Source of the DNA: Candidatus Levybacteria bacterium RIFCSPHIGHO2_02_FULL_40_18
GTDB lineage: Bacteria; Patescibacteriota; Microgenomatia; Levybacterales; GWA1-39-11
Direction of reading: 5' to 3'
Assembly: GCA_001782235.1 (NCBI GenBank)
Contig: MFOC01000007.1
Coordinates: 86,799-150,798 of the forward strand
Length of the DNA: 64,000 bases
Under the pieces are notes generated by a model that was given only the letters and a program-made list of their open reading frames with translations, was not told the DNA's origin and did not search any database. The position numbers were made by a program, and so were the translations under genes. Below, one piece after another: positions 1 through 8,961 of the stretch; position 1 is the stretch's first letter; each line of letters begins with the position of its first letter.

Positions 1-1501
1 AAACCATCTTTCGGCCCAATTCTATAACTATCTTCTCCTCTCGCATCCTGCTGGAAAACGCGCTCTCAAATATTTAATAGACGAAAGAAAATTGTCCATT
101 CCTTTGATCAAAACTTTCAATTTAGGATATGCACCCGAAAAAGACGCGCTTGTTAGGTATCTGATCGGTAAAAAGAAATACAAAGAAGACGATTTGCTCG
201 TGTCTGGATTAGCGTATCGCACGGGCCGGAATGCCTCCGGCCCTGGAGGGCCTCCGGCCCGGGGGGTTTCGGATTTCTTCCGCGATCGAATTATCTTCCC
301 AATAATTGATCAGAGAGGGAATATAATAGCCTTCTCCGGTAGGTTGCTCGAACCTACCGGCCCTGAGCTTGTCGAACGGGCAGGTGGGAAATACGTTAAT
401 ACCCGTGAAACCCCGGTTTATATTAAAGGCGACACTGTCTATGGATTGAATTTAGCGCGCGACGGGATAAAAAAAGAAGGAAAAGTAATTATTGTTGAAG
501 GGGAATTTGATGTTATAACTGCGCATAAGCAAGGCATTCCAAATATTGTTGCGGTAAAAGGGACCGCACTGACAGAAAATCAGATTAAGCTTCTTAAAAG
601 ATTTGCTCCCAAATTCGCCCTTTGCTTTGATACAGACCCTGCGGGAACCGAGGCACAGAGAAGATCAATTAAAATGATTGAGCGAGAAGGCATTACGGCA
701 ACTGTTATCAGTCTCCAGGGGACTCGTGGTGAGTCTGTCAAACCAAAAGACCCGGACGAACTACTAAATGAAAATCCGATTGCATTTAAAAAGGCGCTTG
801 TAAACGATATTAATATTTATGATTTTATAATTGATACGGCGCTTGGCGAATCGGACTCAAAAACCGCTGAGGGCAAAAAGAGAATACTTGATAGAACCCT
901 TCCTTATTTATCGAATATAGAAAATGATGTGATAAAAGAACACTATCTTAAGAAACTAGCAAATGCCATTGACGCAACTTTGGAAGCAATAATGAAACAG
1001 GCTGATAAAGCTGTGAGGCCTCGATCCGAGACTCCCAAAGCTTCCCCTCGCACGCAGCTGCCGCGCGAGGAACTCGCAGAGATCTATCTTATTTCTTTGA
1101 TTTTCCAATCGGAAAATCCTAAGCAATCTTTAAATTTTGCAAGAACGCTATTGTCAGGGGTCAAACTTTCAACGCCATCAATAGAGAAGCTTCTTTCTTT
1201 TCTTGACACCTATGCTCAAACAGGTGACTTTAATGCGCAAGATTTCTCAAAGTATTTGCCGCACGAATTGCATCTGCCTTTTGATACTTCTTATCTTGCG
1301 TCTATTCCAGAGTTTTTGGACAAAGACCATTTTTATCGCGAACTTGAAAAAGCGGCAAAACAAGTAAGAATTTTGGCAATTAAAAAAACACTTTCAAAAT
1401 TAACAACGCTTATTTCCCAAGCAGAGCAGGAACAGAATAAGGAAAATCTAAAAACTTATCAGGAAAAATTCTCAGAACTCTCAAAACTCCTAGCATCTTG
1501 A
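1..1501 (+). CDS. dnaG: DNA primase DnaG (5' end runs off window start)
   Basis: The reading frame is open from nt 2 upstream of the listed Met. Motifs ...YLIDERKLSIPLIKTFNLGYAP (DnaG linker motif) and Toprim EGEFDVITAHKQGIPNIVAVKGTAL...CFDTDPAG. It is followed by rpoD, the classic dnaG-rpoD arrangement. Confidence 0.9.
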   Translation, partial: NHLSAQFYNYLLLSHPAGKRALKYLIDERKLSIPLIKTFNLGYAPEKDALVRYLIGKKKYKEDDLLVSGLAYRTGRNASGPGGPPARGVSDFFRDRIIFPIIDQRGNIIAFSGRLLEPTGPELVERAGGKYVNTRETPVYIKGDTVYGLNLARDGIKKEGKVIIVEGEFDVITAHKQGIPNIVAVKGTALTENQIKLLKRFAPKFALCFDTDPAGTEAQRRSIKMIEREGITATVISLQGTRGESVKPKDPDELLNENPIAFKKALVNDINIYDFIIDTALGESDSKTAEGKKRILDRTLPYLSNIENDVIKEHYLKKLANAIDATLEAIMKQADKAVRPRSETPKASPRTQLPREELAEIYLISLIFQSENPKQSLNFARTLLSGVKLSTPSIEKLLSFLDTYAQTGDFNAQDFSKYLPHELHLPFDTSYLASIPEFLDKDHFYRELEKAAKQVRILAIKKTLSKLTTLISQAEQEQNKENLKTYQEKFSELSKLLAS

Positions 1502-1609
1502 AGGGTATCACGGGGTGACGCGAAGCAACTTTCAACGTGCGGAAACTGCGGAGCGGCAGGATCCCATGTGGCTTGCGTTCAGGCAGGCTTGAGAGTAAAA
1601 TAATCTCAC

Positions 1610-2716
1610 ATGATAAAAGTTGTAAAATCTAAAAAAATAAAAGTGGCCGGCTCAAAAACTGAAGAAGTGATTGCGATGGCCAAAAAACGCGGCTATATTT
1701 CTCAGGATGAAATTTTGGCCGCATTTCCAAAACCAGAGGATCACATATTAGAGCTTGATCTTCTTTACGATCAGCTACTAAAAAAGGGTGTTGATATATT
1801 TGAGACGGTTGAGGAGGAGAAGGAATCGCAAAAATCAATTGAAGATTTAGAAAGAGAACTTGAGGCCCTCAATATTATTCAAGGCGGTGCAGTAACAGAT
1901 CCTGTAAGGATGTACCTCAAGGAAATAGGCCGCATTCCGCTATTAACTTTTCCTGAAGAGGTGGATCTTGCAAAAAGAATTGAGAAAGGAGATCAAAAAG
2001 CTCGCAAGAAACTAGTCGAATCTAATCTTCGATTGGTAGTTTCAATCGCCAAAAAATATGTAGGGCGTGGAATGACGCTCCTTGATTTAATTCAAGAAGG
2101 CAACCAAGGATTAATTCGCGCGGTTGAAAAGTATGACTGGAAAAAAGGATTTAAGTTCTCGACCTATGCTACTTGGTGGATTCGCCAGGCTATAACCCGG
2201 GCAATTGCCGATCAAGCCAGAACAATTAGAATTCCTGTTCACATGGTTGAAAACATCAATCGCTTTATGAGAGTTCAAAGAAAACTCATGCAGGAATTGG
2301 GGCGCCAGCCAACGCCTGAGGAGATCTCGGAAATTTTGGAAATCGAACCCGATAAGGCTCGTGAAATTATCAAAATTTCCCAACAGCCGGCATCTTTGGA
2401 TACGCCGGTTGGGGATGAGGAGGACTCATATCTTGGCGATTTTATATACGATATCACGGCGCCAACTTTGTTTGATACTGCCGGCAGAACCATGCTTAAA
2501 GACCAACTACATCAAGTTTTGACGACTTTATCGGATCGTGAGAAAAGGGTGCTTGAAGAAAGGTTTGGTCTCCGCGACGGGAAACCAAAAACACTTGAAG
2601 AAGTAGGCCGCATGTTTGCGGTAACCCGCGAAAGAATCCGCCAAATCGAAGCCAAAGCATTAAGAAAACTCCGCCACCCCTCACGAGGCAACAAACTCCG
2701 CGATTATTTAGAATGA
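1610..2716 (+). CDS. rpoD: RNA polymerase primary sigma factor (sigma-70 family, short form)
   Basis: Region 2 ([40 protein letters not shown]), region 3 and region 4 ([15 protein letters not shown]...[30 protein letters not shown]) are all recognisable. Confidence 0.9.
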   Translation: MIKVVKSKKIKVAGSKTEEVIAMAKKRGYISQDEILAAFPKPEDHILELDLLYDQLLKKGVDIFETVEEEKESQKSIEDLERELEALNIIQGGAVTDPVRMYLKEIGRIPLLTFPEEVDLAKRIEKGDQKARKKLVESNLRLVVSIAKKYVGRGMTLLDLIQEGNQGLIRAVEKYDWKKGFKFSTYATWWIRQAITRAIADQARTIRIPVHMVENINRFMRVQRKLMQELGRQPTPEEISEILEIEPDKAREIIKISQQPASLDTPVGDEEDSYLGDFIYDITAPTLFDTAGRTMLKDQLHQVLTTLSDREKRVLEERFGLRDGKPKTLEEVGRMFAVTRERIRQIEAKALRKLRHPSRGNKLRDYLE

Positions 2717-2943
2717 ACCCTCCCCTTACTCCCTCTGTACGTAACGTCGCAGAAGTATTAAGTGGACTAGAGGGAAAAGAGGGATTAGAGGCAAGTGTAA
2801 ACTACATGATTGATCTCCTAACGCGCAGCGGCTATTTGCTTGATCGTCAGATGAACGCGGTTGAGGAAAAACATAGACGTGAAGGTGGATACAATGAAAA
2901 ATTACTCAAAAAGCGTTTAGATTATAAAAATTCTAGACACTAG
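2713..2943 (+). CDS. small hypothetical protein (start overlaps rpoD stop, ATGA)
   Basis: The ORF is translationally coupled to rpoD. No recognisable domain. Confidence 0.3.
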   Translation: MNPPLTPSVRNVAEVLSGLEGKEGLEASVNYMIDLLTRSGYLLDRQMNAVEEKHRREGGYNEKLLKKRLDYKNSRH

Positions 2944-2947
2944 TCGG

Positions 2948-2990
2948 GTTGGGAGCATGATATAACAAATGTGGCTGATTTACAAGCGAA
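2948..2990 (-). promoter_or_regulatory. conserved promoter-like element copy A (TTGTAA-17-TATCAT-GCTCCCAACC)
   Basis: One of three copies of the same 45-bp element (see findings). Read on the minus strand. Confidence 0.4.
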
Positions 2991-3004
2991 GTTTGCTTTC
3001 TGGG

Positions 3005-3628
3005 TTAGTCATTTGTCTTTGCAATTACCCTTACCGGAGCAGCGTCAGCTTGGAATTTTGCAGGAAGAGCTATCACTTCAAACTCCCCGGCATTTAATAA
3101 CTGATCAAGATTTGTTAAGTTTTCAAGAATGGTAATGTTATGTCCCAGCAGGATTTTATGAGTAAGCCAGGGCTTATCATAATCCGGCCCGAGCATATCC
3201 ATTCCAACCATTTTTACTTCTAACTCACCCATTCTCGTTGCAAAATCTTCTTTGAGTTCTGGGTAATCCTTAAAGTAATCGCTTGTTCGGTATTTGCTTC
3301 CAAAGCCTGTGAATAAAAGAACTACTGATCCCTTCTCAATTTCAATACCTTCTAATACTGACTCATCAATATTCATTTTCCCCCTAACATCAATTAGCAC
3401 GCCTTTGCCAAAAAAACGCTCTGGGGATATTTCGTCCATTTTCTTACCGCCTTCAATCATATGCAAAGGTGCGTCCATATGCGTCCCTACGTGCATTACG
3501 GAGGTAATTTTATGGTCGTTAAAGGTATCCTTCTCGATATGTGCGACTTGTTCAAGAGTTGCTTTGGGGTCTCCCGGATAAACCGGCATATCAGATGTGA
3601 ATGTGTGTGTAAGATCAATATACTTCAT
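3005..3628 (-). CDS. cyclase-family protein (kynurenine formamidase-like)
   Basis: The HxGTHxDAPxH metal motif (VMHVGTHMDAPLHM) and overall length fit the arylformamidase/cyclase family. Confidence 0.7.
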   Translation of the reverse strand: MKYIDLTHTFTSDMPVYPGDPKATLEQVAHIEKDTFNDHKITSVMHVGTHMDAPLHMIEGGKKMDEISPERFFGKGVLIDVRGKMNIDESVLEGIEIEKGSVVLLFTGFGSKYRTSDYFKDYPELKEDFATRMGELEVKMVGMDMLGPDYDKPWLTHKILLGHNITILENLTNLDQLLNAGEFEVIALPAKFQADAAPVRVIAKTND

Positions 3629-3662
3629 GGGGTAATTATATCAAAAGCAATTTATTTATAAG

Positions 3663-3971
3663 CTATAAGCTAATTTTCATTTTGCCTTCGGTGTAATTGT
3701 TAATAAGTAAATTTATGAGGGTTTGATATGGAATTTTGTTTCTCGCTGCTTTTGCTTTAAGTCTTATCAAGTCCTTTTTCTTAATTCTCAAAGTTATACT
3801 TTTACTATTTTCGAGATCAATGTGGCGTCTGGCTGCCTCTTCAAACATCTTTTTATTTTCCGCAAAATTCGGATCACTTACAAATTCGCCCCTTTCCAAA
3901 GCGTCTTCTATATCTTGCTCGTACTCATCAAGTACTAAATTTTCGAATGGATCAAATTTTTTCTTTTTCAT
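3663..3971 (-). CDS. brnA: BrnA-like antitoxin (CopG/RHH-type)
   Basis: The C-terminal ...SITLRIKKKDLIRLKAKAARNKIPYQTLINLLI matches the BrnA pattern. It overlaps the upstream BrnT-like gene by 20 nt. Confidence 0.55.
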   Translation of the reverse strand: MKKKKFDPFENLVLDEYEQDIEDALERGEFVSDPNFAENKKMFEEAARRHIDLENSKSITLRIKKKDLIRLKAKAARNKIPYQTLINLLINNYTEGKMKISL

Positions 3972-4257
3972 AAGTTTTTAAATATTTCTTTGTAAGTTTT
4001 CTGCTCGGATAGAGCGTTTTTAAAAATAACACCTGTCTTTTGCGATCGATAATATATGGCACTACGTATAAATATGTTTTTATCTTTACAACAAGCAATT
4101 TTTGCCCGCGATATTTCTTTTGATTTGGATTCTTCTTATCTTCAATTAAATTCCCAGACTTAATTGCTTGTATGATATCTTCAAAATCAACACCTCTTAT
4201 TTGTCTTAAAATTTGATTCTTTTCGACAGAGAAATCAAATTTATACTTCACTGACAT
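3952..4257 (-). CDS. brnT: BrnT-like toxin (DUF497 ribonuclease toxin)
   Basis: About 100 aa. FDFSVEKNQILRQIRGVDFEDI...LLVVKIK...YIIDRKRQ matches the DUF497/BrnT consensus (FEWD..K...HGVSFEEA...LLVV...R..IRIISAR). It is encoded immediately 5' of the antitoxin. Confidence 0.55.
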   Translation of the reverse strand: MSVKYKFDFSVEKNQILRQIRGVDFEDIIQAIKSGNLIEDKKNPNQKKYRGQKLLVVKIKTYLYVVPYIIDRKRQVLFLKTLYPSRKLTKKYLKTYEKEKI

Positions 4258-4295
4258 ATTATACTACTTGTACATACTTTGTCAATACAATTTAG

Positions 4296-4340
4296 GTTGG
4301 GAGCATGATATAACAATTGAGGCTGATTTGCAAGGTTATT
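4296..4340 (-). promoter_or_regulatory. conserved promoter-like element copy B (TTGCAA-17-TATCAT-GCTCCCAACC) upstream of brnT-brnA
   Basis: -35 at 4328-4333, -10 at 4305-4310 (minus sense). Confidence 0.5.
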
Positions 4341-4665
4341 GTTTTTCTGCTTCTTCTTGAGGAACTATTTCTGCTTCATCAAGACCAAATGTCAAAGAAG
4401 GCATACCCTCGGGCAGCGCAAGCCTAAACCATCCAGCAGCGACAGGAGAACTTTGCTCTAGGGCGTCAAGCGCTTCTTTTGTAGGGACAAGATATCCTCC
4501 TCTATTTTGAATTGGCCGACCAGAAACAAAATCAACTTCATTTATCCTAGGTGGCATTTTATAAGCTGAGAACTCTAATCCTACCCATGCATTCCTTACA
4601 TCTTCGGGGGCTGGTCCTTCAGGAGTTTTTGTAATTCTTATTCTAAATTGTTCGGGATTCGCCAT
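4336..4665 (-). CDS. hypothetical protein
   Basis: Clean ORF with a promoter-like element 8 nt upstream of the ATG. No recognisable domain. Confidence 0.5.
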   Translation of the reverse strand: MANPEQFRIRITKTPEGPAPEDVRNAWVGLEFSAYKMPPRINEVDFVSGRPIQNRGGYLVPTKEALDALEQSSPVAAGWFRLALPEGMPSLTFGLDEAEIVPQEEAEKQ

Positions 4666-4708
4666 TTGGGAGCATGATACACCCGCAGTAATTGATTTTC
4701 AAGTCAGA
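4664..4708 (-). promoter_or_regulatory. conserved promoter-like element copy C (TTGAAA-17-TATCAT-GCTCCCAA-ATG) driving ORF 4336..4665 as a leaderless mRNA
   Basis: -35 at 4697-4702, -10 at 4674-4679. The ATG is 8 nt after the -10. Confidence 0.5.
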
Positions 4709-5033
4709 AGAGTTTTCCGCCAATGGGAACGTCTTTTTGGGGGACTACGAGGATTGCTTTCCCGTCCTCATCAGGAAAGCCAAGAGTTAGTGTTTCCGAA
4801 ACTTCCGAGCCCATCCGGAATAGAGGCAAATTAACAACTCCCGCCACTAACCTTCCTTCAAGTTCTTCCTTTTTATAATGTGTAAACTGACCAATTGATT
4901 GTTTAGCGCCAATTTCAGGCCCGAAATCTATTTTCATTTTGTAGGAAGGTTTGCGTGCTTCAGGATAATCCTCAACTTTAAGAATCTTGCCTACCCTGAT
5001 ATCAAGTTTGTGAAAATCATCAATTGTCGCCAT
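4704..5033 (-). CDS. tRNA-binding protein (CsaA/Trbp111, EMAP-type OB fold)
   Basis: About 110 aa. DIRVGKILKVEDYPEARKPSYKMKIDFG...AGVVNLP is typical of the MetRS C-terminal-like tRNA-binding domain. Confidence 0.75.
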   Translation of the reverse strand: MATIDDFHKLDIRVGKILKVEDYPEARKPSYKMKIDFGPEIGAKQSIGQFTHYKKEELEGRLVAGVVNLPLFRMGSEVSETLTLGFPDEDGKAILVVPQKDVPIGGKLF

Positions 5034-5692
5034 TTGGCAATTATAATTGCAAAAGCACTAATATAAACATTAGTGCAAGACCCAAAAAAAATACGCCCAT
5101 TATTCTTAATAACCATACGTAGATTCTTGATCTATATATTGCTAAAACCCATTTCGTAATCACTCCAATGATAGGAAAGTTCCCAAAATATTTTACTTGC
5201 ACTTTTGAGACCTCGACCATATACCCTTGCCAAAATTTAGGTTTTGCTAGGAGGCTTAGACCTAAGGCGGTGAGAATCAGGATATTAATAATAAACGGAA
5301 TATATCTCGTATTAATTGTATTGTATCAAACTCTTTAGGATATTTTTCACGGACAGTTTTAAAAGGCCCCAATTCCCGGAATGTCGAGTGATTTTCCCAT
5401 GTAATGACATTATCTCAAAACTTTTACGGATACGCCGAATTACAAACCGGCTTAACTACTGCTTTTGGGATGTGGCTTGGATTTGTGATGCCGGTCCAGA
5501 CAACAGCAACCATCTTTGGCGATAAAAAATGGGGGTTATTGGGAATTGATACAGGGTATCAACTGGTTTCGTTATTAGTGATGGCCGTTGTTATTGCCCT
5601 TTTGTAACTTGATTGTCGATTATTTCTTGAAGTTTTGGGGGGATAGGCCGACAAGCACATTTTTGGGCATCACATTCTTGCGATGCCACTCT

Positions 5693-6067
5693 TCATTTAT
5701 CTTCATTGATGCGTCGGGATTTTAACAAGCCTACGGCGAGAGGGAGTATAAAAGTCAGACTGTAATAGAGATATATATCGAATTTGTAATATCCGTTTTC
5801 GGGATTAAATGCTTTAACAATAAAAAGATAGTCGCCGATTATAGCAACTAAGGTCCATGTAATTCCTATCAATAAATAATATTTTGGGGACGTGCTTTTA
5901 ATTTTTTTGATCAAAACAAAAAGAGTAATTGCTACGCCGATTGGCGTGACAAACCAGCCTATTTGCGAAGGCGGGACAAGAGTAAAAAGCATTATCCCAA
6001 GGCCGTAGCCGATCAACCAGAGTAAGAAACCCCATCCTAGTAAATCTATAAAGAGTTTTTTATTCAT
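5693..6067 (-). CDS. integral membrane protein (4 predicted TM)
   Basis: Hydrophobic helices throughout. No conserved motif. Confidence 0.5.
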   Translation of the reverse strand: MNKKLFIDLLGWGFLLWLIGYGLGIMLFTLVPPSQIGWFVTPIGVAITLFVLIKKIKSTSPKYYLLIGITWTLVAIIGDYLFIVKAFNPENGYYKFDIYLYYSLTFILPLAVGLLKSRRINEDK

Positions 6068-6078
6068 ATAAGCGCCAA

Positions 6079-6384
6079 CTATCTGACGGCTCCTGAAAAA
6101 AGCAAAACAAGAATAATTGCTGTAATTATAGCGAAAGCAGCTATTGTCTTAAGAGCAAGATCTAGGGCTTGCTTTTTCTTTCCATCAAAATAAAGCTGGA
6201 AAGGTTCATAACCAAAGACATATGCCATCACGGCAGCGGAAAGAGTAAAAAGAGATATAGCGGCAATTGGGCCAATAATGGAATCGACAGGACCGGAAAT
6301 TTTTGTCCCGTAAAACATGACCGACGCAACAACCGCAATATACAATATTGCGCCAATAGCATTCAAAAACGGATTTTTAGTCAC
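6079..6384 (-). CDS. small integral membrane protein
   Basis: Three hydrophobic helices. It ends 4 nt before tRNA-Asn. Confidence 0.5.
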   Translation of the reverse strand: MTKNPFLNAIGAILYIAVVASVMFYGTKISGPVDSIIGPIAAISLFTLSAAVMAYVFGYEPFQLYFDGKKKQALDLALKTIAAFAIITAIILVLLFSGAVR

Positions 6385-6388
6385 GCTG

Positions 6389-6460
6389 CTCCTCCGGGAG
6401 GATTCGAACCTCCGACCAATCGCTTAACAGGCGAGTGCTCTACCACTGAGCTACAGAGGA
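6389..6460 (-). tRNA. tRNA-Asn (anticodon GTT)
   Basis: Folded by hand. Acceptor TCCTCTG/CGGAGGA, D-arm GCTC-AGTGGTA-GAGC, anticodon stem with loop CTGTTAA, T-arm GGAGG-TTCGAAT-CCTCC, discriminator G. Length 72 nt. Confidence 0.85.
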
Positions 6461-6544
6461 ATGTATGTGAATTATATAAAATGAGCCTCTACTTGTAAAC
6501 TCCCCCGCTTGTCCTGAGTCATATCGAAGGACTATAATTGCCTC

Positions 6545-7201
6545 ATGAAGTTGCTTTTGACCTCATCAGGGAAGACGAACAAGTCTATAGAGAATGCGCT
6601 GTTGGAGCTTCTTGGGAAACCTTTTGAGAAGGCGAACTTAACTTTTATTCCGACTGCCGCAAACGTAGATGAGGGAAATAAAGCTTGGTTAGTCGACGAC
6701 ATGAATAACTTTAGGAAATTGAACTTTGCACTTTTCGACAGCATCGATATTTCTGCTGTACCAAAAGGAATTTGGCTTCCAAGTTTTAAAAAAGCAGATG
6801 TTTTGGTTTTTGGAGGAGGAGATACTTATTATCTTTTGAATTGGATAAAGAACTCCGGATTGGCAAAAATTCTTCCTGAATTATTAAAGACAAAAGTTTA
6901 TGTCGGAATAAGCGCAGGAAGCATGGTTACCGCCAAAAACATATCTCTTGCGACAGCTGGTATTTTATATTATGAAAAATATGGAAAATTTAAAGATAGA
7001 AAGGGTCTTTCTTTGGTTGATTTTGAAGTACGACCTCACTTAAACTCGGAATGGTTCCCAAAAGTAAGGCTGCCATATCTTAAAAAACTTGCAGAAAAGA
7101 TCCCATACAGTTTTTATGCCATTGATGACAACACCGCTATAAAAGTCGTGGACAATAAGGTTACAGTAATATCCGAAGGCGAATGGAAAAAGTTTAACTA
7201 G
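6545..7201 (+). CDS. peptidase E / S51-family (type-1 glutamine amidotransferase-like) protein
   Basis: ...ADVLVFGGGDTYYLL...VYVGISAGSMV... matches the S51 catalytic Ser/His region. Confidence 0.7.
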   Translation: MKLLLTSSGKTNKSIENALLELLGKPFEKANLTFIPTAANVDEGNKAWLVDDMNNFRKLNFALFDSIDISAVPKGIWLPSFKKADVLVFGGGDTYYLLNWIKNSGLAKILPELLKTKVYVGISAGSMVTAKNISLATAGILYYEKYGKFKDRKGLSLVDFEVRPHLNSEWFPKVRLPYLKKLAEKIPYSFYAIDDNTAIKVVDNKVTVISEGEWKKFN

Positions 7202-7221
7202 GCCTCTGCTATAATTGCCGC

Positions 7222-7268
7222 TTGACAAAACCTCTATTTCTGTTACAATTTACGCATAGATTGTAACA
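7222..7268 (+). promoter_or_regulatory. promoter TTGACA-16-TACAAT with palindromic operator TGTTACAAT-N10-ATTGTAACA abutting the ATG of the HTH/His-Pro gene
   Basis: Hexamers at 7222-7227 and 7244-7249. The inverted repeat spans 7241-7249 and 7260-7268. The ATG is at 7271. Confidence 0.5.
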
Positions 7269-7270
7269 AT

Positions 7271-7810
7271 ATGGATGCAAAAAGCCTTTTTACCGCACAG
7301 GAGCTTGAAGAGCTTTTGGGGAAAATGTACTTCTACAGACAGCGTATTTACAGAATGGCAGAGGACGGAAAAATATCCCCTTATCAAGTTGATGGCAAGT
7401 TTTATTTTTCAAAAGATGAGCTAATAATGGCAACCCTGAATCGATTATCCGCAAGGATAAGGCTAAGGTTCTCAAGGCTCGCCCCCTTTCTAAGGATAAG
7501 TTTTGATGAAAACAAAAATAAAGCCATAACTGTTTACGGATTCCCGGATAAAAGCATCATTACTGCAAATACTGAAAACGAAACAGAAGAAGAACTTTTA
7601 AAAAAAGTAGAAAACAAGGGGAGGGAGGTGAAAAACATGCCAGACATTCCTGTTGGACCAGGTAATCACGATCACGATCATCCACATCCACCTCACCACC
7701 CGCCACATCATCCGCCTCATGGGCATGATAATCCTCCACACGAAGAGATTTTGGAAGTTTTAAGACGGATAGAAGATAGGTTGGTAAGAATTGAGGAAAA
7801 ATTAGGATAG
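7271..7810 (+). CDS. excisionase-family HTH DNA-binding protein with His/Pro-rich C-terminal repeat
   Basis: N-terminal LFTAQELEELLGKMYFYRQRIYRMAEDGKISPYQVDGKFYF matches the MerR/excisionase-type HTH. C-terminal HDHDHPHPPHHPPHHPPHGHDNPPH. A consensus promoter and palindromic operator sit just upstream. Confidence 0.6.
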   Translation: MDAKSLFTAQELEELLGKMYFYRQRIYRMAEDGKISPYQVDGKFYFSKDELIMATLNRLSARIRLRFSRLAPFLRISFDENKNKAITVYGFPDKSIITANTENETEEELLKKVENKGREVKNMPDIPVGPGNHDHDHPHPPHHPPHHPPHGHDNPPHEEILEVLRRIEDRLVRIEEKLG

Positions 7811-7999
7811 GGTGGAAAATATATAGAATAGCAGTCGAGTCAAAATCGGCTGCTATTCCACGTTGGCTCAGTTTGTACTAGTTTACTCCGTTTTGTCCTA
7901 GTTGACTTTTGAATCCATTTTTACTATTCTATTTTGTTTTCTTCAAAAACTTGAAATTTAGATTTGGGAAGACATAAAAGGGAAAGGGGGTGAAGAGTT

Positions 8000-8233
8000 A
8001 TGACACGCGGTAAGAGTATTACGAATAAGATAAGTTCCTCGCACGTAAGATTCGGAAGACGTACTTATTTCTTTGACGTTAATGAGAAAAACGACAGGAA
8101 ATATTTAAAGATCACTGAATCAAGATTCAACGGAGAAGGAAAAGATCGAACCTACAATTCTTTGGTTCTTTTTCCGGAAGATCTTGAAGGATTCCAACAG
8201 AATCTTTCTGAAGTTGCAGGTTATCTTGCCTAG
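8000..8233 (+). CDS. DUF3276 (bacterial PUR-alpha-like) nucleic-acid-binding protein
   Basis: GRRTYFFDVNEKNDRKYLKITESRF...DRTYNSLVLFPEDLEGFQQNL matches the PurA-like repeat. A strong SD (AAGGGGGTGA) precedes the ATG. Confidence 0.6.
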   Translation: MTRGKSITNKISSSHVRFGRRTYFFDVNEKNDRKYLKITESRFNGEGKDRTYNSLVLFPEDLEGFQQNLSEVAGYLA

Positions 8234-8267
8234 AGTAAGATACGAGATGCCGGGCCCGGCAACAAGA

Positions 8268-8543
8268 TTATCTTCCAAATAGTTTTCTAAGCTCCGCTTT
8301 TGCTTGTTCGAGAGTTTGTTTTCTCTCCCGTTTCAAGTTTTTCCCAGCGCGGTTAATATAAAAGTTAAGCATGGACATTGCCGACTGGAATGGGGCTGCT
8401 TTTCTTCTCGTACTTTCTTCGGCCGACCGCTTAAGACTTTCGGCGATCCTTTTGGGGTCGCGCCATGTGAATACTCCTTCCTCAAGGTCAAGCGCAATAC
8501 TGTGCTTTGTAACCTCCCCCGACCAGTACTTTTTTCTTGTCAC
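8268..8543 (-). CDS. DUF3175-family protein
   Basis: ALDLEEGVFTWRDPKRIAESLKRSAE...SAMSMLNFYINRAGKNL matches the DUF3175 pattern as I recall it. Confidence 0.5.
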   Translation of the reverse strand: MTRKKYWSGEVTKHSIALDLEEGVFTWRDPKRIAESLKRSAEESTRRKAAPFQSAMSMLNFYINRAGKNLKRERKQTLEQAKAELRKLFGR

Positions 8544-8761
8544 TATTTATTTTACTTCATTTTAAAAGTTTTCGAAGGGAACTATTTCAGTAACAATTTT
8601 ATTTTGATAGATATGCTCATCTTCCATTTTGTTTCGAATTTTCTCAGCGGTTTCTTTTTGGGCGGGCGAATGATAAAAAATAACCGTTCGACTCAGTCAA
8701 GCAATACTTGACTTCGGATAGGAGCAGGCTTAATACTTATTTATAAGGGGGTGAGAAAAAC

Positions 8762-8950
8762 TTGAAACAAAATGATTACATAAGAGTAACCGGAATAATA
8801 TTTCTTGTAATCGCGGTTCTTCATGTTTTAAGAATTTTTACAGGGTTTGATGTAGAAATTAATGATTACGAACTTCCGGTCTGGGTAAGCATTGTAGGCG
8901 CAGCTATTGCCGGATACCTAGCTTACAGCTCGCAAAAACTTAAAAAGTAA
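8762..8950 (+). CDS. small membrane protein (2 TM)
   Basis: Short hydrophobic ORF, weakly supported. Confidence 0.3.
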   Translation: MKQNDYIRVTGIIFLVIAVLHVLRIFTGFDVEINDYELPVWVSIVGAAIAGYLAYSSQKLKK

Positions 8951-8961
8951 GTTTCATTAAA

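Noticed and set aside
2111-2694. Several 60-90-aa minus-strand ORFs inside rpoD
   Set aside because: They are antisense to a confidently identified gene.
5041-5290. Possible small minus-strand membrane protein (about 58 aa) in the 650-nt gap after the tRNA-binding-protein gene
   Set aside because: It is below the ORF threshold and has no clear start or promoter. I left it unannotated, though a small hydrophobic peptide is possible.
6169-6498. 109-aa plus ORF
   Set aside because: It overlaps tRNA-Asn and the antisense of a membrane-protein gene.
7630-7760. His/Pro codon repeat as a DNA-level tandem repeat feature
   Set aside because: The periodicity is imperfect and in-frame within a clear CDS. 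It was recorded as a protein feature instead.
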